Below are positions 63,369-64,000 of a stretch of DNA of 64,000 nt, one piece after another (positions within the stretch are counted from its first letter, which is position 1; each line of letters begins with the position of its first letter). Position numbers and translations under genes: made by a program. Origin of the DNA: Atractiella rhizophila. Its lineage: Eukaryota. Under the pieces are notes generated by a model that saw only the letters and a program-made list of their open reading frames with translations, was not told where the DNA came from and searched no databases. The DNA lies in the NCBI GenBank assembly GCA_021432655.1, contig MU271250.1:1-64000 (forward strand). Reading direction: 5' to 3'.

Positions 63369-64000
63369 ATGAGGTCATACGCCCTCATCACGCTCTCTGC
63401 TCTTTTGGTACAACAAGCGGCCGCACATGCAGTCGTCACGCAAGTGCAGGGGGAAAATGGAGTAACGACTACTGGTTGGTTTTTTCTTCCAGTCATTTCA
63501 GTCGCCTGCTCATCTCCTCAACAGGGTTTGGAGTCAGTGCGTGATTTCTAGTACACAGCTGTGCATATTTGAAACGAAATTTTCTTCAAGTTGACGGTGT
63601 ATCCCGTGATGGATTGGACGAACAAGACTTTCAAATCGATACCTCAGTCTTCAAGGATCTCGTCAGTAATCCTTGTGGTGCGTGCATCTGCACAAGCTGT
63701 TGTGCTTTGAATGAACTGGCATGCAGGTGAAACAATTGGAGGCGGCAGTGTCGACATTGCGACCAACCTGGCCGCTGTTGAAGAGCAAGGAGGTGGACAA
63801 CTGCCTTCGCTCACGAGCGACCTCGTCATCAATATGAACATTCACCAGGTCAACGCTGACGGTGGTGGACCTTTCTTCGCCATGTTCAACGTCGTCAGTC
63901 ACTACTTAACACCCTGAGTTTCCTAATCTTGTGCATAGGATGGAACTGGTAAGACTTGGGAAGATGCCACAATTACGGTTCAGGCTCCAGGAGCGAGGGG
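63369..64000 (+). CDS. Secreted Egh16/GAS1-like (DUF3129) protein, 3' partial
   Basis: Signal peptide MRSYALITLSALLVQQAAA followed by His. Motifs FQIDTSVF, CG and HQVNADGGGP. Confidence 0.88.

Overview
Eukaryotic DNA, most likely from a basidiomycete fungus (inferred from ~50-nt GT-AG introns, a Zn2Cys6 factor, an Egh16/DUF3129 gene and a NACHT-WD40 NLR). The window is mostly decayed transposons: hAT, Ty3/Gypsy chromovirus (one near-complete copy and five more LTRs), Ty1/Copia (three LTR subfamilies), Helitron, LINE ORF1, an integrase-core DDE transposase and a telomere-linked-helicase-like fragment. Host genes are a Zn2Cys6 TF, an LtrA-like membrane protein, an intact MLKL-like/NACHT/WD40 NLR, CCT3, an Egh16-like secreted protein and an OPT pseudogene. 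The main finding is an LTR architecture shared by the unrelated Gypsy and Copia families: TATA-like box, a U3 arm complementary to repeat 1, the inferred start site, repeat 1, then a GT...AG intron-sized unit (47-60 nt) whose 3' end is a copy of repeat 1, then U5. LTR copies with 0, 1 and 2 such units are present. I infer a self-regenerating LTR intron: spliced at the 5' end of the RNA, masked by a hairpin at the 3' end, and rebuilt at minus-strand transfer. This is a hypothesis from sequence alone. All calls were made by eye without searches, and coordinates of decayed features are approximate.
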